A stretch of 64,000 nucleotides of DNA from Epithemia pelagica (taxonomy: Eukaryota > Protista > Bacillariophyta): positions 124,001 to 188,000 of the forward strand of contig OX337236.1 in NCBI GenBank assembly GCA_946965045.2. The letters are read 5' to 3'. How positions within the stretch are numbered: the stretch's first letter is position 1; every line of letters starts with the position of its first letter. The notes beneath the pieces were generated by a model, which worked only from the letters and a program-made list of their open reading frames with translations, did not search any database and had not been told where the DNA came from. The position numbers and the translations under genes were made by a program. Below are positions 43,737 through 56,118 of the stretch, one piece after another.

Positions 43737-44623
43737 TGTGGATTGCAACAAACAATCGAACGACAAGGGACCACGACGCAGATGACAACAACAAGGGTCA
43801 ATGATGAAAAGATACCCACACAGAAAACAAAGGTCCGGGTTACACTGACATCAAACGGTATGGGAGTGGTCGCGCATCAGCCGCTGGTAGGTCACTCCTA
43901 ACGAATGACCGTTCGTTGCTCACTTTTTGACGAAGAAGACTCCAAAACCCCAAAATGACCTCTCTCTTTTGTATGCGGATGAGCAAAATGTTCGAGTGAA
44001 TATAATCCTCCTCCTGCTCCCATCGTAAAAGTACACAACCAATCACTCTACGACGATTCACCCAAAAACACTATGGCAACGACGACGACGACGACAATGA
44101 CCACCATGGCAGCCGAGACCTCCGATCCATCCGTCGTGTCGTCATCGGATGTCGAATCACCCGTGGTAGGTCGTCTTGAGTGGCCGATCCAGATGTGTTC
44201 TTGTTGTTGTTTTTCTTTTCTTCTTCTTCTTCGTTGCTTCCTACTGATGAGACTCACAGTTTACTTGCTCAGAGATTTCGAGCAACGGGGTCTACTCCGA
44301 ACAAGGGATGCAATGCAAAGACACACACAACACGCAACAACTTTGTGGTGTGTTTGTTGTGTTTGCTCTTTTGTGTTGTGTCTCTTGAGAAAGAGTGTGT
44401 CCCATCATATCGTTGCCATGAAACCAACCATGTGCTAATCTTCTCTCTGACAGGACAACTACGAGAGTGAGGAAGAAGAGTAGAGGAGCGACGAGAGAAT
44501 TTAGTGCTCCTCGTGTGCTTGTGTATACTGGGCCAAGTGTTTGTCTTGTCAAAGAACAAAACAAAAAAATGGATTCCTTTACTGTCCACTCACGTATCTT
44601 TTGGCTTTACTTGATTTCAGGCG

Positions 44624-45461
44624 TTGGCATCTCAAGAACGCGAATCGTTACTCGTCTCATCTCCTTCGTCTCCGTCGTCGTCGTCTCGTGTTGGTGCCGG
44701 AGGTCCTCGCATGCAGGTTCCAGTGGGTGCCTGGAGGGATGACTTGTTTGATATTTTTCAACATGGCTACTGTCATGCCTCGGCCGTCTGGTCCTGTTGT
44801 TGTGTCCCCATTGCCGTGGCGCAAGTGGCCACACGGTTGCACTTGACCTGGTTGGGGACCAGTGGAACCGTCTCGGAATCCACCGTCACCTTTCGCAAAC
44901 TCTGGTACCTCATGTGGACCTATTGTGCCATTCGAGCTACCATGCTCTACCTCATTTATCTTGGTACGTGCGTAGTTCCGTATTCGATCGTAGAAACACA
45001 GAGTTTGGATTGTGTGGGAGCTGGTGTTGTATTCTGTCGTATTTACATAGCTTCCTGTGGTTTGTATGTTTCGGACACTGAACTCTCACAATCCGATTCA
45101 TACATTTCTCATACATTTCTTATCAAATATATGTACAGTCGATCCCAATGTGGACAGTGTGGAATGGGTAGAACCCTCTCAGGCCTATCACATTGTCTGT
45201 ACGATTGACGACTTGTTTTCCTATGCCTACCTCTTGTTTAGCATGGTCATTTTGTACAATACACGCCGCTACGTACGATCCAAATATGCCATTCCCGAAG
45301 GCGATCATTGTCCTTCGGGTTGTGAAGATTTTTGTTGTTCTCTCTGGTGTCCCTGTTTGTCGGCCGCTCAACTGCTTCGGCATACGGCCGATTATCAAGT
45401 CTATGGAGCTCGATGTTGTTCCGATACTGGATTGGCCCCCACCGCGCCCTCCATTGTATGA
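44624..45461 (+). CDS. PLAC8-family Cys-rich protein; intron 44964-45138; start uncertain (ATG 44711 or upstream)
   Basis: GAWRDDLFD, SCCCVPIAVAQ, RRYVRSKYAIP, CEDFCCSLWCPCLSAAQ. Confidence 0.85.
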
Positions 45462-46048
45462 ATGGGGTGATACCTATACTTTATTTTTGGCTGGATCGCA
45501 TATTATACCGTGGGATCCTCTCAGTGGTTATGATCCGCATGGTCAGTGTTGTTGGGAACCAACCAAAAAAGAAAAACAAGGTATCGTCATGCCACACCAA
45601 ACATGTCAAGATATTATTATATATAGTATCATCCATCACCATGACAGCCAAAAGTGCAGAACGGAGTCCATGCTGCGACACGTGGTCCATGATGATGGAT
45701 CTTATTGAGACTCTATTCTAAACTCGAACGGGGTTTCACCTTCCAATCCAATGGTTCCATAATAACCAAAAGAGTCCAGTGCCTACTAGATTCACAGCTG
45801 CGAAAAAGTGCTAGTGAAACAAAAAAATTAGCTTTCTCATACTACAACAGAGTGTATATTCCTCTCGTCTTGCCGTGGAAAGGCCAACTCTATAGAACAG
45901 GTACGCGTCCTTTATGCCCTTTCGGTTTCCTTCACGCACAGGATACTGCCAACCATGGAATGATTTGGATCGCTTTGTGAGAGCGATTCCATCCATGCTC
46001 CCTTATTCCAATTCGCAACCGGACGACACACCTACACACAAAAGCCTT

Positions 46049-48071
46049 TCATGGAGGAGGAGACTGGTGATTGTCTTCCATTTCCTTCCCGGCCGAGGCC
46101 AATCGATGAATGAGTCCGACATAAATGGGAATTCCTTGCAAAAAGACCGATTTGGGAATGTATTCATCATTTTCATGCAACATAATTTCGGTTCGTGCCA
46201 TGGGCGAAAATCCCAAGGCCCGAATGCCCAAGGCGCGCAAAAATCGCGAATCCGTGGCGGCGGGAAAGACACTGGGTTCCAGGGACAATCCCATGTCTGT
46301 CATTTGATCGTAAAAGAGACCATACCATGGATTGGTGTGTCGATCGGTAGATGTAATGGAATGTTGTTGCAAATCGTTGGATCCTTTCACGGAGTTCCAT
46401 TGCACCGTCAACTCTTCATCCGTCCTTGCTTGGTCCTGATTGCTACTGCATTCGCGACACCACAAGTCCAACATGGCACTAATTTCGGGAGGTGGCACAT
46501 GAGGAGAAATGCGAATGTCCAACGTCATGCTGGCCGAGCATGGAACACAATTGAGAGCATAGGAATCGCCGACTTTGACACCCTGTGTGTGTCGACGACA
46601 ACAGAGTCGCACCGCAAAGAGAAGGAGAGAGAAAAACAAACAAACAATGTCACAACAAGGATATGCACGAGACACACATACAGAGCGCATATTAAATGGT
46701 CAGGTATTCGATCCCATGGCATTCTCCCGAAAAACAAGGTTCCCCAACAAAAGGACAAGAGCAACCTACCGCTTCGAGTCGGGTGATATTGAGCGACGTG
46801 ACATCTCCCAATTCCTTCTTCTTTTTTTGACGTGCATTTTTGGCCGCCACGGCATGGGCACAATTTTCATGCGCGGTCAAGCCCAATTGAGAGCGTTGTC
46901 CTTGTCGAAAGGCCAAGGCCTTGTTGGCCAGTTCCAGTAGTTGTTCGACGGCCGTGTGATCAATAAAGCGGGATCCATGACCCGTCGGACCCGTGGCGGT
47001 AATATTGACCCACCACGGACATCGTTCCCCATAAAAGACGGAATACGTCTCGGTCGGACTGGCCAAGCCTTCGTCCAAGGCCAAGGCAATGCCCGGCAAA
47101 CTCTTGTACGTGGAGGATTCCAAAAAGGCTGCCATGCCGGCGCCGCCCACTTCTGTTTAGAATAGTATAGAGAGTATGTGTTGGGATATATAGATTCCAA
47201 TACAGAGAGGAGAGGAGTTCGTGTGAGTTTCACCACGTCCACGTGCCCTATAGTACATTCATGTCACCACACAACACACTCGCTGCCATCCTTCACTCTC
47301 TCGTTCTCGTTGTGTTTGTTGCACGTTCCCACACACGTCGCTCTATACCATACACGTACCTTCATCGGGCACAAAGGTGAGATAAATGGATCGTTCCGGT
47401 TGCCAGTCGGGCCACGTGGTATGCAATTTCTGAATGGCCTCGATATATTGAATGCAGACACTCTTCATATCTTGGGTGCCCCGTCCATAAATTCGGTCCT
47501 CTTGTTGAAGACCGGCAAAGGGTGGAGCGACAGTCCAATCCTTGGCGTCGGCGGGTACCACATCGTAATGAGAATTCAACAACAACACGGGTAAGTCCGG
47601 ATGACGACCCTTCCAAACAGCCACCACGACGGGCGAATGATGCGGGGCTTCGGGCAAGAACCATACGTTGTCGGATGAGATGCAGGGGATGGCCCGTAAT
47701 TGGTCGACCAACCAGGTCGCACACGCGCGATAGGCACCCGTTGTGGGAGCGACAGAAGAAACGGTTTCAAATTGAATCAATTCCACCAATTTCTCGACCG
47801 CCCGTGTCGCTTCCGTCTCGGTCAAGGTCACCATGGGTGCTGCTGGTTTGAGCTTTTTGGCCACTGGTTCGTTCGGATCCTTGTTCAGTATTTCGGACGA
47901 TTCCAACGTTGGCTTTGGATTGTCCTTGGGTTTCTGTTGTTGTTGTTGTTGTTGTTCGCCACCAGCAGCATGGTCGGTCGTTGGAATGGTGGTAGCGGGT
48001 GGAATTCCCATGGTCCAACACACAAAAGAAGAAACGCGAGTCACAGAATTGGCGAAAGATGAGAGAGGCAT
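46049..48071 (-). CDS. ACY1: Aminoacylase-1 (M20 peptidase); exons 47360-48071, 46770-47152, 46049-46582
   Basis: LNSHYDVVP, YGRGTQDMK, PDEEVGG, ALDEG, GPTGHGSRF, FPAATDSRF, LHENDE; spliced length 1629 nt in frame. Confidence 0.93.
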
Positions 48072-48079
48072 GACATCAT

Positions 48080-48198
48080 CAACGTCTGGCCATAGTCAGA
48101 ACCTCAAAAGCGACTAACAAGCGATCCTCTCCCAAGGCTCAACGTCTGTCCATAGTCAGAACATCACAGCGACTAACAAGCGATCCTCTCCCCAGGTT
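48080..48198 (+). repeat. ~60-bp tandem duplication in the ACY1/IMPDH divergent intergenic region
   Basis: CAACGTCTG.CCATAGTCAGAAC...GCGACTAACAAGCGATCCTCTCCC twice. Confidence 0.85.
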
Positions 48199-48371
48199 GG
48201 GTTGACAGCCATCCAGATGACTTTTTGTGTCTCTCTCTCATTCTTTTCCACTGGGTTCGACGATTGGATGGGCCAAACCAGCACCATCTTTCTTGACTCA
48301 ACGCAGACAGTGGCATCGACAACAACAACAACAACAACAACAACAAGAGCAACAAGAAGTAGAAGAAGAAC

Positions 48372-50042
48372 ATGAATGGCACGAACGAACTCATGAATGG
48401 AACGACACCTCCGACGACCACAACGACGACCAATGGGGTCAAGACGGCCGCCGTCGTGACTCCCACTGCCCCCGCCACTGGTACAATGCCTATTATGGAA
48501 GAGTTGGACGAGGAAACCTTGAATTCGGGTGCGGAAGGTTACACACCGTCGCAAATCTTTGTCCAAAATCCGGCCTGTGTCGCGTACACATACGACGATT
48601 TGATCATGATGCCCGGTCACATTCGCTTTAGCTTGGACGAGATTGACATTTCGTCCAAAATTACCCGCAATATTTCGTTGCAAGCGCCCTTTGTGTCGAG
48701 TCCCATGGACACGGTGACGGAACATCAAATGGCCATTACCATGGCCTTGCAGGGTGGCATGGGCATTATTCATTCCAACATGTCGGCTCAAGATCAAGCG
48801 GCCGAAGTCCGCATGGTCAAGAAATACAAGAATGGTTTCATTACCGACCCTGTCTGTTTGTCGCCCCAACATACGGCACAACATGTCTTTGAAACCAAAT
48901 CCAAACTGGGATTTTCCTCCTTTCCCATTACGCAAGATGGAAAAATGGGTGGCCGTTTGTTGGGCATTATTTCCAATCGCGATACCAGTTTTATTGAAGA
49001 TCCCAGCGTCTCGGTCGAATCCTTCATGACACCCCGCGAATCGCTCGTGGTGGCCCAGGAGGGCATTTCCTTGGCCGAGGCCAATGAAATGCTCAAGGTT
49101 TCCAAAAAGGGCAAATTGCCCGTGGTGAATGAACACGACGAATTGGTGGCCCTCATTGCCCGGACCGATTTGCAAAAGAATCGAGACAATCCCTTGGCCT
49201 CCAAAAATCCCGTCAACAAACAATTGTTGTGTGGCGCCGCCATTGGAACGCGACCGGCCGATCGCGAACGAGCTCGTCTCTTGATTGCGGCTGGTGTCGA
49301 TGTCATTGTCGTGGATTCCAGTCAAGGCGATTCCATTTATCAACTCGACATTATCCGGTACCTCAAACAAAACTTTCCCGACATTGATGTGATTGGTGGC
49401 AATGTTGTGACGCCCTCCCAAGCCTTGAATTTGATCCGGGCCGGAGCCGATGGCTTGCGTGTGGGCATGGGCATTGGATCCATTTGTACCACGCAAGAAA
49501 TTTGTGCCGTGGGTCGAGCCCAAGCCAGTGCCGTCTATCATGTCAGTAAATTTGCTCGTCAATTTGGCGTCCCCACCATTGCCGATGGGGGAATCAAGAG
49601 TACCGGACACATTACCAAGGCCTTGGCGCTCGGTGCCGGCTGTGTCATGATGGGATCCATGTTGGCTGGAACCGATGAAGCACCGGGCGAATACTTTTAT
49701 CAAGACGGTGTCCGATTGAAACGATATCGGGGCATGGGATCGCTGGAAGCCATGCAAAAGGGCAGTGAAACCCGTTATGTCTGGGATGACTTGTCGGCTC
49801 CGTCCGTCAAGGTGGCGCAAGGCGTGAGTGGTGCCGTCCAAGACAAGGGAACCTTGCGCCGGTACATTCCCTACTTGATGCAAGGTGTCCGTCATGGATT
49901 GCAAGATGCCGGATGTCCCAGTGTTCAAACCGCCCAAGAACGATTGTATGCCAATACCTTGCGGTTCGAAATTCGATCCCCCGCCGCCCAACGGGAAGGC
50001 AATGTCCATGGACTCCACAGTTACTCCAAACGATTGTATTAG
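48372..50042 (+). CDS. IMPDH: Inosine-5'-monophosphate dehydrogenase
   Basis: SSPMDTVTE, two CBS domains, [17 protein letters not shown] (catalytic Cys), IADGG, YRGMGS, VAQGVSG. Confidence 0.98.
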   Translation: MNGTNELMNGTTPPTTTTTTNGVKTAAVVTPTAPATGTMPIMEELDEETLNSGAEGYTPSQIFVQNPACVAYTYDDLIMMPGHIRFSLDEIDISSKITRNISLQAPFVSSPMDTVTEHQMAITMALQGGMGIIHSNMSAQDQAAEVRMVKKYKNGFITDPVCLSPQHTAQHVFETKSKLGFSSFPITQDGKMGGRLLGIISNRDTSFIEDPSVSVESFMTPRESLVVAQEGISLAEANEMLKVSKKGKLPVVNEHDELVALIARTDLQKNRDNPLASKNPVNKQLLCGAAIGTRPADRERARLLIAAGVDVIVVDSSQGDSIYQLDIIRYLKQNFPDIDVIGGNVVTPSQALNLIRAGADGLRVGMGIGSICTTQEICAVGRAQASAVYHVSKFARQFGVPTIADGGIKSTGHITKALALGAGCVMMGSMLAGTDEAPGEYFYQDGVRLKRYRGMGSLEAMQKGSETRYVWDDLSAPSVKVAQGVSGAVQDKGTLRRYIPYLMQGVRHGLQDAGCPSVQTAQERLYANTLRFEIRSPAAQREGNVHGLHSYSKRLY

Positions 50043-50572
50043 GCAGAATTAGAAAAGAACACAACACGACACTTTGCGCCAACCATGTGATTCTTTTATC
50101 CGATATACAACATTCAAAAGGGAAACAACGGTCCGCCGCGGGGACCAATCAGGAAGAGAATGGGCCGAATCGATTCTCTCTCGTTTTTTAGTAGTTCTAT
50201 ATACATTCTAATAATGATGGAATATTCCTTTCTGGAACGAGTATAATATAATAGCCTATTTTAGACAGACTTGAAAACATATTCGAACCGGATTGTCAAG
50301 GTTGGCTGGATAGGACCGCTGCACACTATTGTATGCCAAAGCAGAGAGATTGAACACCTTTTGGCACGGATTTTATACGCGGCCCGGTGGTCGCGCTTAT
50401 TCAACACGTGGCTGACCGTGACGAGGTGTGCTCGTAAAGGTATTGGGTGTGTTGACCATGGCAACTCAAACCGCACACTAGAACCGCGCTGAAACACTTA
50501 TTATTCATCGATTGCCTCCGAGTCGACAGTTCTTGTTTGGAAACGAGTGTGTATCATCGAACGTTATTGGCA

Positions 50573-52315
50573 ATGATTATCGGAACAATAAGAACAAGGT
50601 GGAGTTTGTTGGCTCGAATGCCTCCGCGCCTGTTGGGGATTGCATTCTTTGTTATGGTCCTCGTTTGGATGATTGGATCACCACCACAACAACAACCACA
50701 GTGTGAAGATGGTGTCTCGTTGATGGTTCATGGCCTTGTCATGCCCCTGCTTCGCATCCCTCCGAGAAGCTCGTTGGTCTTGTTCAGCAACAACAACAAC
50801 AATCCCTTGGATACATCCTGGACTGTACCGGAGGACGATCCCAACGATCCTCGTGTCATGCGACGAATGAGACGAGAGCAGCAACAACAGCAAAATAACA
50901 ACAAGAACCAAAAGAAGAAGAAGGATCCAGCCTCGGCGGCGTCGTCGTATCGGCAAGCACGATCTCAAGTCTCGAAACAACAACAAGCGTCGGCCGCCTT
51001 TGATTTACCACAACAACCGGTCGTCAAAACCATTGGAGGTGGAACGGCCATGATTTTTGCCATGGCACAACGCATGTGGGAACAAGAACGAGCCGATGAT
51101 AGTAGTACTACCACTCCAAATACTAATAACAACAACAACAATACACCGAAGAACAATCCACAAGCCTCCACGACACCCATAACCACCACCACAACATCGT
51201 CCTCGTCCTCGTGGACTGTTCCTCGATGGCGACCCACGGCCACACAAACGGTGGGAATTTCCAATTTCAATCCCGAATTTCGAACCCAATCGCCACCCAT
51301 GAACAGTCAAGGCTATGCCAGTACCATTTGGCGCAATGTCCGCAAACGCAACAAACCCAGTTTGTGGCGTCATGCCTTGAGACTCTACGATCGCATGGAG
51401 GAAGCCACCACCACACTGGACACGAATGGGAGTAGTAGTAGCAACAACAAGAACAAGAAAACGACAACGACGACGGTTCCACGCACCAATGAACATTATC
51501 ATGGAGCCTTGTTGGCGGCCGCCAAATTGGGATTGTGGGAAAAGGCCATGGAAATTTTTGATGAAGTACAAGAACGACAAGCCCAACAAGAGCAATCCTC
51601 AATGACCTTGTCATCGTCGTCGTCCTTACGCAAGCCCTACAGCAATAGCAACCGTGGAGGACTGCAAACGTCCAACAACAACATGATCAACAATAACAAC
51701 AATGGTCTGGCCAACAACAACAACAAGCTAAACAAACCATCGCCGCGAGTGCATGTGACAGATTACATGGTCGTTTCGGTTCTCTATGCTTGTGTTCGAG
51801 CCAGTCGGAACCACCAGTCCTCCTCGGAGGAAGAGGACGACGACGAACCCTTGTCCATTGACGAACGTCGTCAACCCTTGGATGCCGCCCGTGCCATGTT
51901 GGAACAAGTGTCGTCTCAATACGATTTGATTCTTTGTCAACGGCATGTCAATCCATTGGCGGCGGCCTATTTGCAATTGCGGTTACGATCCGACGCCCAA
52001 GACTTGTTGCAGGGGTGGTTAAAGGATCGTCAAATTGGTCCCGAACCGGAAGATGGCGTGGCACCCTTTAACATTAACGATATTGGGACCAAGGACAAGG
52101 CCTCGTATACGCTCTTGGTAACGGGGGCCGTCCAAGACGATGATTGGACGGGAGCGGTCCAAGCCCTGTCCAACATGACCCGGGCCGGACTCTATCCCAC
52201 CCAACGACATTTGAATGCCTGGAATGAAGTCTCGGAACGCAAAACCAAACATCGGACCACCCGGAGTTGGAAAAAGAAACGAGATGAATTGTGGATTGAA
52301 CGAGGATTGCGATAA
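50573..52315 (+). CDS. PPR-like helical repeat protein with hydrophobic N-terminus (start uncertain)
   Basis: HYHGALLAAAKLGLWEKAMEIFDEV; SYTLLVTGAVQDDDWTGAVQALSNMTRAGLYP; poly-N/Q/T linkers. Confidence 0.65.
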   Translation: MIIGTIRTRWSLLARMPPRLLGIAFFVMVLVWMIGSPPQQQPQCEDGVSLMVHGLVMPLLRIPPRSSLVLFSNNNNNPLDTSWTVPEDDPNDPRVMRRMRREQQQQQNNNKNQKKKKDPASAASSYRQARSQVSKQQQASAAFDLPQQPVVKTIGGGTAMIFAMAQRMWEQERADDSSTTTPNTNNNNNNTPKNNPQASTTPITTTTTSSSSSWTVPRWRPTATQTVGISNFNPEFRTQSPPMNSQGYASTIWRNVRKRNKPSLWRHALRLYDRMEEATTTLDTNGSSSSNNKNKKTTTTTVPRTNEHYHGALLAAAKLGLWEKAMEIFDEVQERQAQQEQSSMTLSSSSSLRKPYSNSNRGGLQTSNNNMINNNNNGLANNNNKLNKPSPRVHVTDYMVVSVLYACVRASRNHQSSSEEEDDDEPLSIDERRQPLDAARAMLEQVSSQYDLILCQRHVNPLAAAYLQLRLRSDAQDLLQGWLKDRQIGPEPEDGVAPFNINDIGTKDKASYTLLVTGAVQDDDWTGAVQALSNMTRAGLYPTQRHLNAWNEVSERKTKHRTTRSWKKKRDELWIERGLR

Positions 52316-52641
52316 GAATTTAAAAGGATTTGTTACTTTTTTTATTGCAAAGAGTCGTATTCTTGCTCTTGGAGTGTCAATGAGCCGATGCATGTGTCCT
52401 TGTGTCATTAGAGAGAATGATGATGATGACTGAATAGGACCCATCTGTGCTGTCGTTTTGTTGGAGCTGCTGCTTCTCCACAGGAAGCACAGATTACCCA
52501 CAGGGAAATACTCGCATCCGTCTCTAAAAAGGGAGCATGTTTTGGAAAACCATGGTCTCTAGTAAACTATAAAGTGTTTTGTACAAAAGCAGACGATTTG
52601 TCTTTTGTTCATTGTGTGGAAACCAGACTGCCTCCAGGAAG

Positions 52642-54975
52642 CTAGTCTTCCTCCTCCTCCACCACCTCACCTCTGCTGCTGCTGTCCACATTGTCGTCGT
52701 CGTTGTCTTTTGGGTCCAACAAAGGAGGTGGACAAGAGAAAAGGGAGCATGGATTGTCCTCGTCATCATTGTCCGTGACCAGTACCAAACGATGTAAGAT
52801 TCGATCTCGTCGCTTGGGAGTCGCGGTAGGTCGTTGGGTATTGTGAATGGTGGAGGAACCAGAGTCCTCCGAAACAGCCGCAACAGCAGCAGGATGGTCA
52901 CACTGCCGAATACGCAATTTGGCAAATTGACGACCATGCTTGTCGTTTCTATTAGCGTTGTTGTTGTTGTTGTTGTTCGTGTGGATACTGCGGATGCTGT
53001 CGCTGGATGCCAGCAGGGCCGTCAAACAAATCATCAAGCAGGGATCTTGTCGGGGAGGGATTTTGATTTTTCCTCGGAGCATGTGCAACCAGGTTCGTGG
53101 AAAAGGTCTGTTGCTGTTGCTGTTGCCGTGTTTGGGAGTGGTGGTGGTGTGAGACGACGAGGAAACGTGAATCACCACATCGGGGAGTGGTTGTTGTTGT
53201 GGGACGGACAACGATTGTTGGGTGACCGGAGTGGTTGGACTGTATTGTGGTTGTGGTTGTGGTTGTGGTTGTGGTTGGAAGGGGTACGGGTGATGCGTTG
53301 TGGAAAGAGAGGAGAGAGACGAAACGGTTGTGGTTTGGGAGACTTGAATGGCACGTTCCAATAGTTCGGGAGTTGTGGTCGTCGTCGTGTTTGGTGTAGT
53401 ATTGGTGGAATGAGTGGGGGAAGAATCATAATAATAGAAGGGACCATCTGGCTGGTCCTCTTCTTCGGGACAAACGGTCCACATGGGTTGATACCGGGAT
53501 CCATTCCACAAGGATACAACGGGACGACGACGACAACAAGGACCATCCCCCTGATCCATCAGATCCAATTGATAGCGTGGAAAAAACGCGTCCGGTCCAT
53601 GGTGCGACACGGCCGTGTCGTCGTTCCACAGGGGTACGTGGCCATCCAAAAAGTACCGTGTCTGGTCCGACAAGGATGGTTGTGGTTGCTGACGACAAAA
53701 CAAGAGCGCCGTTGCAGTTGTTGATGATTGGTCCTCCTCCCGCGTGGATGAGACATCGCAGAGCAGGAATTGTCCTCCTGGTGAAATGGTGCAGGATGGA
53801 TCCAATTCCAAGAGTTGCAAAGTCTTGTTATTAGTGTGATGACTGATACCGCCCTGTGTTTCGTTTTGTTGTTGTTGTTGATCTGTGACAATGGTAATGG
53901 AGGTGACAGTGTCAGGATTAATGTTGTTGGTGTTGGTACGGGTTTTTCGGATTGTTGCTGCTGGTGATGGACCTCCGGACGATGCGGATTTTTGGAGAAA
54001 AATGGATCCTCCCTCTTGTTCAATCGTTTCCAGACTGGTCCCCTTGCACAAATCCGAACCCGATGACGATATGGAACTGCACGTTGAAGCATGGATGCTA
54101 TCTCGAGGTACTACTACTTCTGCCTTGTCGTTGTCGTTGTCCTTGTCGTTGTCGTCTTGCTCGGTGGTGTGTCCACCACCACGTCTCCTTCCCCGCCGAC
54201 GACGTTGTCGCGCTGGAACAACAGGAAGAGACTCCCATTCTTTGTTTGTTTCTGTTTCGGGCCTTTGTGTTTCTGCAGTGTCTTGCGTTGGTTCCAAGGA
54301 TGAGGATGCAGTAACGACTGGCGGAGGATGGTCCGTCACTTGCAACTGTTCCATACAACTGAGAATCTGTCCATCCTGTACCGTTGCGGTACAGACCAGA
54401 CACTCAAAGGCTTGGTGTTGTGTTCCAGGAGTGACCGTGTTTGCCTCTTCCTCATTCTCCTGGTTGGAAGAGGAGAATGATGAGGTTGATGGTGGTTCCA
54501 CCACGAGTGTAAAAGTGAGCACATGAGGATCCGACACAATTTGCAACTCATGCAAGGTGACCCGTCGCAGTGCTTGATTCCACGGAGCAAATCGATGCGT
54601 CCACAACGAGGGACCCTGCAAAATTTGAGGAGATGATGAGGATGATGACTGCGTGGTTGTTGTGGTTGTGGTTGTGGTGATGACCAGGACCGCTGTGGGG
54701 GCAAAGACGGCTTGTACGGCACGTTCCAAGACAGCCGGCACGGTCCGTGTTCCATCGTACAAGGATATCAACTTTTGCAATCGACTCATGACATTGGTCA
54801 AGGGAGATCGCAACGGTCGAGGCGACCGACGAGGCGAGACTGTGGCAGGTGGTGGTGGTGGAGATAAGTGCAAGGAATCATTCTTGTTGTTTCTTGTGGT
54901 ACAATCATCGGAACGATGCTTTTCGTGATTACTGCTATGAGGTGATTGAATCTCGTCGTCGTGGTGGAATATCAT
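52642..54975 (-). CDS. Hypothetical low-complexity protein (777 aa), possible NTF2/SnoaL-like segment near the N-terminus
   Basis: Long uninterrupted ORF with host-like repeats; VFAPTAVL..G..ATVQDGQI pattern only suggestive. Confidence 0.55.
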   Translation of the reverse strand: MIFHHDDEIQSPHSSNHEKHRSDDCTTRNNKNDSLHLSPPPPPATVSPRRSPRPLRSPLTNVMSRLQKLISLYDGTRTVPAVLERAVQAVFAPTAVLVITTTTTTTTTQSSSSSSPQILQGPSLWTHRFAPWNQALRRVTLHELQIVSDPHVLTFTLVVEPPSTSSFSSSNQENEEEANTVTPGTQHQAFECLVCTATVQDGQILSCMEQLQVTDHPPPVVTASSSLEPTQDTAETQRPETETNKEWESLPVVPARQRRRRGRRRGGGHTTEQDDNDKDNDNDKAEVVVPRDSIHASTCSSISSSGSDLCKGTSLETIEQEGGSIFLQKSASSGGPSPAATIRKTRTNTNNINPDTVTSITIVTDQQQQQNETQGGISHHTNNKTLQLLELDPSCTISPGGQFLLCDVSSTREEDQSSTTATALLFCRQQPQPSLSDQTRYFLDGHVPLWNDDTAVSHHGPDAFFPRYQLDLMDQGDGPCCRRRPVVSLWNGSRYQPMWTVCPEEEDQPDGPFYYYDSSPTHSTNTTPNTTTTTTPELLERAIQVSQTTTVSSLSSLSTTHHPYPFQPQPQPQPQPQYSPTTPVTQQSLSVPQQQPLPDVVIHVSSSSHTTTTPKHGNSNSNRPFPRTWLHMLRGKIKIPPRQDPCLMICLTALLASSDSIRSIHTNNNNNNNANRNDKHGRQFAKLRIRQCDHPAAVAAVSEDSGSSTIHNTQRPTATPKRRDRILHRLVLVTDNDDEDNPCSLFSCPPPLLDPKDNDDDNVDSSSRGEVVEEEED

Positions 54976-55190
54976 GGAGATGATGTCGAGAGAAAAGAGT
55001 CAATCTGCTGTTTTTGTGTGTCTCTTTTATTACTGAGTGTGGTGTTTCCCTTTTTTGGAATTGTGAAGGAAAAAACTGTGTGCCGTTTCTACGATCCATC
55101 CCTGTCAAATCACACATTGCCCAACCAGTGTTCGCAAACAAATATCCCTGTTATGGATCGGCGCAACAAATTTTTACGAACTCCTTAACG

Positions 55191-55340
55191 CTTATTCTAT
55201 TGTACTCTCTAACAGTAAATAATAGAGGCAATAGAGAATGGAATGTCCCAGTCCCATGTCGCTGACTTATTCTATTGTACTCTCTAACAGTAAATAGAAG
55301 AGGCAATAGAGAATGGAATGTCCCAGTCCCATGTCGCTGA
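55191..55340 (+). repeat. 75-bp tandem duplication, intergenic
   Basis: CTTATTCTATTGTACTCTCTAACAG...GTCGCTGA twice. Confidence 0.92.
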
Positions 55341-56118
55341 GACATACTTTCGGGTACGTACGAGGAAACTCTATCCGTCCATTTCATTGAAGCTCCACAA
55401 TTCAATTATGATCCGAGATCGTACCGCTCGAAAGTTCCTGCGTCATCTTCACTATAGACAAGATTGTATGAAGAAGAACGTTCGCATCTTGTGGGAACTC
55501 TTACCAGCGCAGCTGGTAGGGACAGTGTATTCCGGTGAGCTCAGGGACCATGGTCTTGTTTTTCCCGGCGACTGTATCGCGCCGGCATGTCCACGGCGGC
55601 TGCTCGTCCGACACACACACGTACGCACGCAGGACGTTCGGTGGGGGAGATTTTGCAAAGACGTCGGCAAACCATCTGTTGCCATTGCTTCGTTTTGGAT
55701 TCGTGCCAAGGCAATTCTATATTTTTCTCTATCCAAATTCACAATTCACAATAGCAGAGAACCAAAGAACGAACGAACGAACCCAGTCCAAGTCGATCCC
55801 AAACAATCGTCATCCACATCACATTCTCTCTCTCTTTGGAGTCTTCTCGTTCTGGATCGGAATTTCGATTCGAGACCACGTTTTCCCAGAAAATCATTGA
55901 CGGCGTGTGGTTTCTATTTCTATCGTGTCGCTACAATATCTCAACTCGATCGAGACTCTCGTCCAAAAGTCCAACGTGTGTTGGTGGTGTGAAAGCGCGA
56001 CAGGTGTAATAACACTGCAGTGCACACACCGTCTCATTCCATACCAAAGAGAACCCGTGATCTTTTAGTCTCTGGACGCAGCTCTCCTTGGGCAACCTTG
56101 TTGTGTCATTCATTCACC

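Noticed and set aside
48156-50018. 620-aa antisense ORF, and similar ones over ACY1 and ENDOG
   Set aside because: Shadow frames of strongly conserved genes, explained by codon bias
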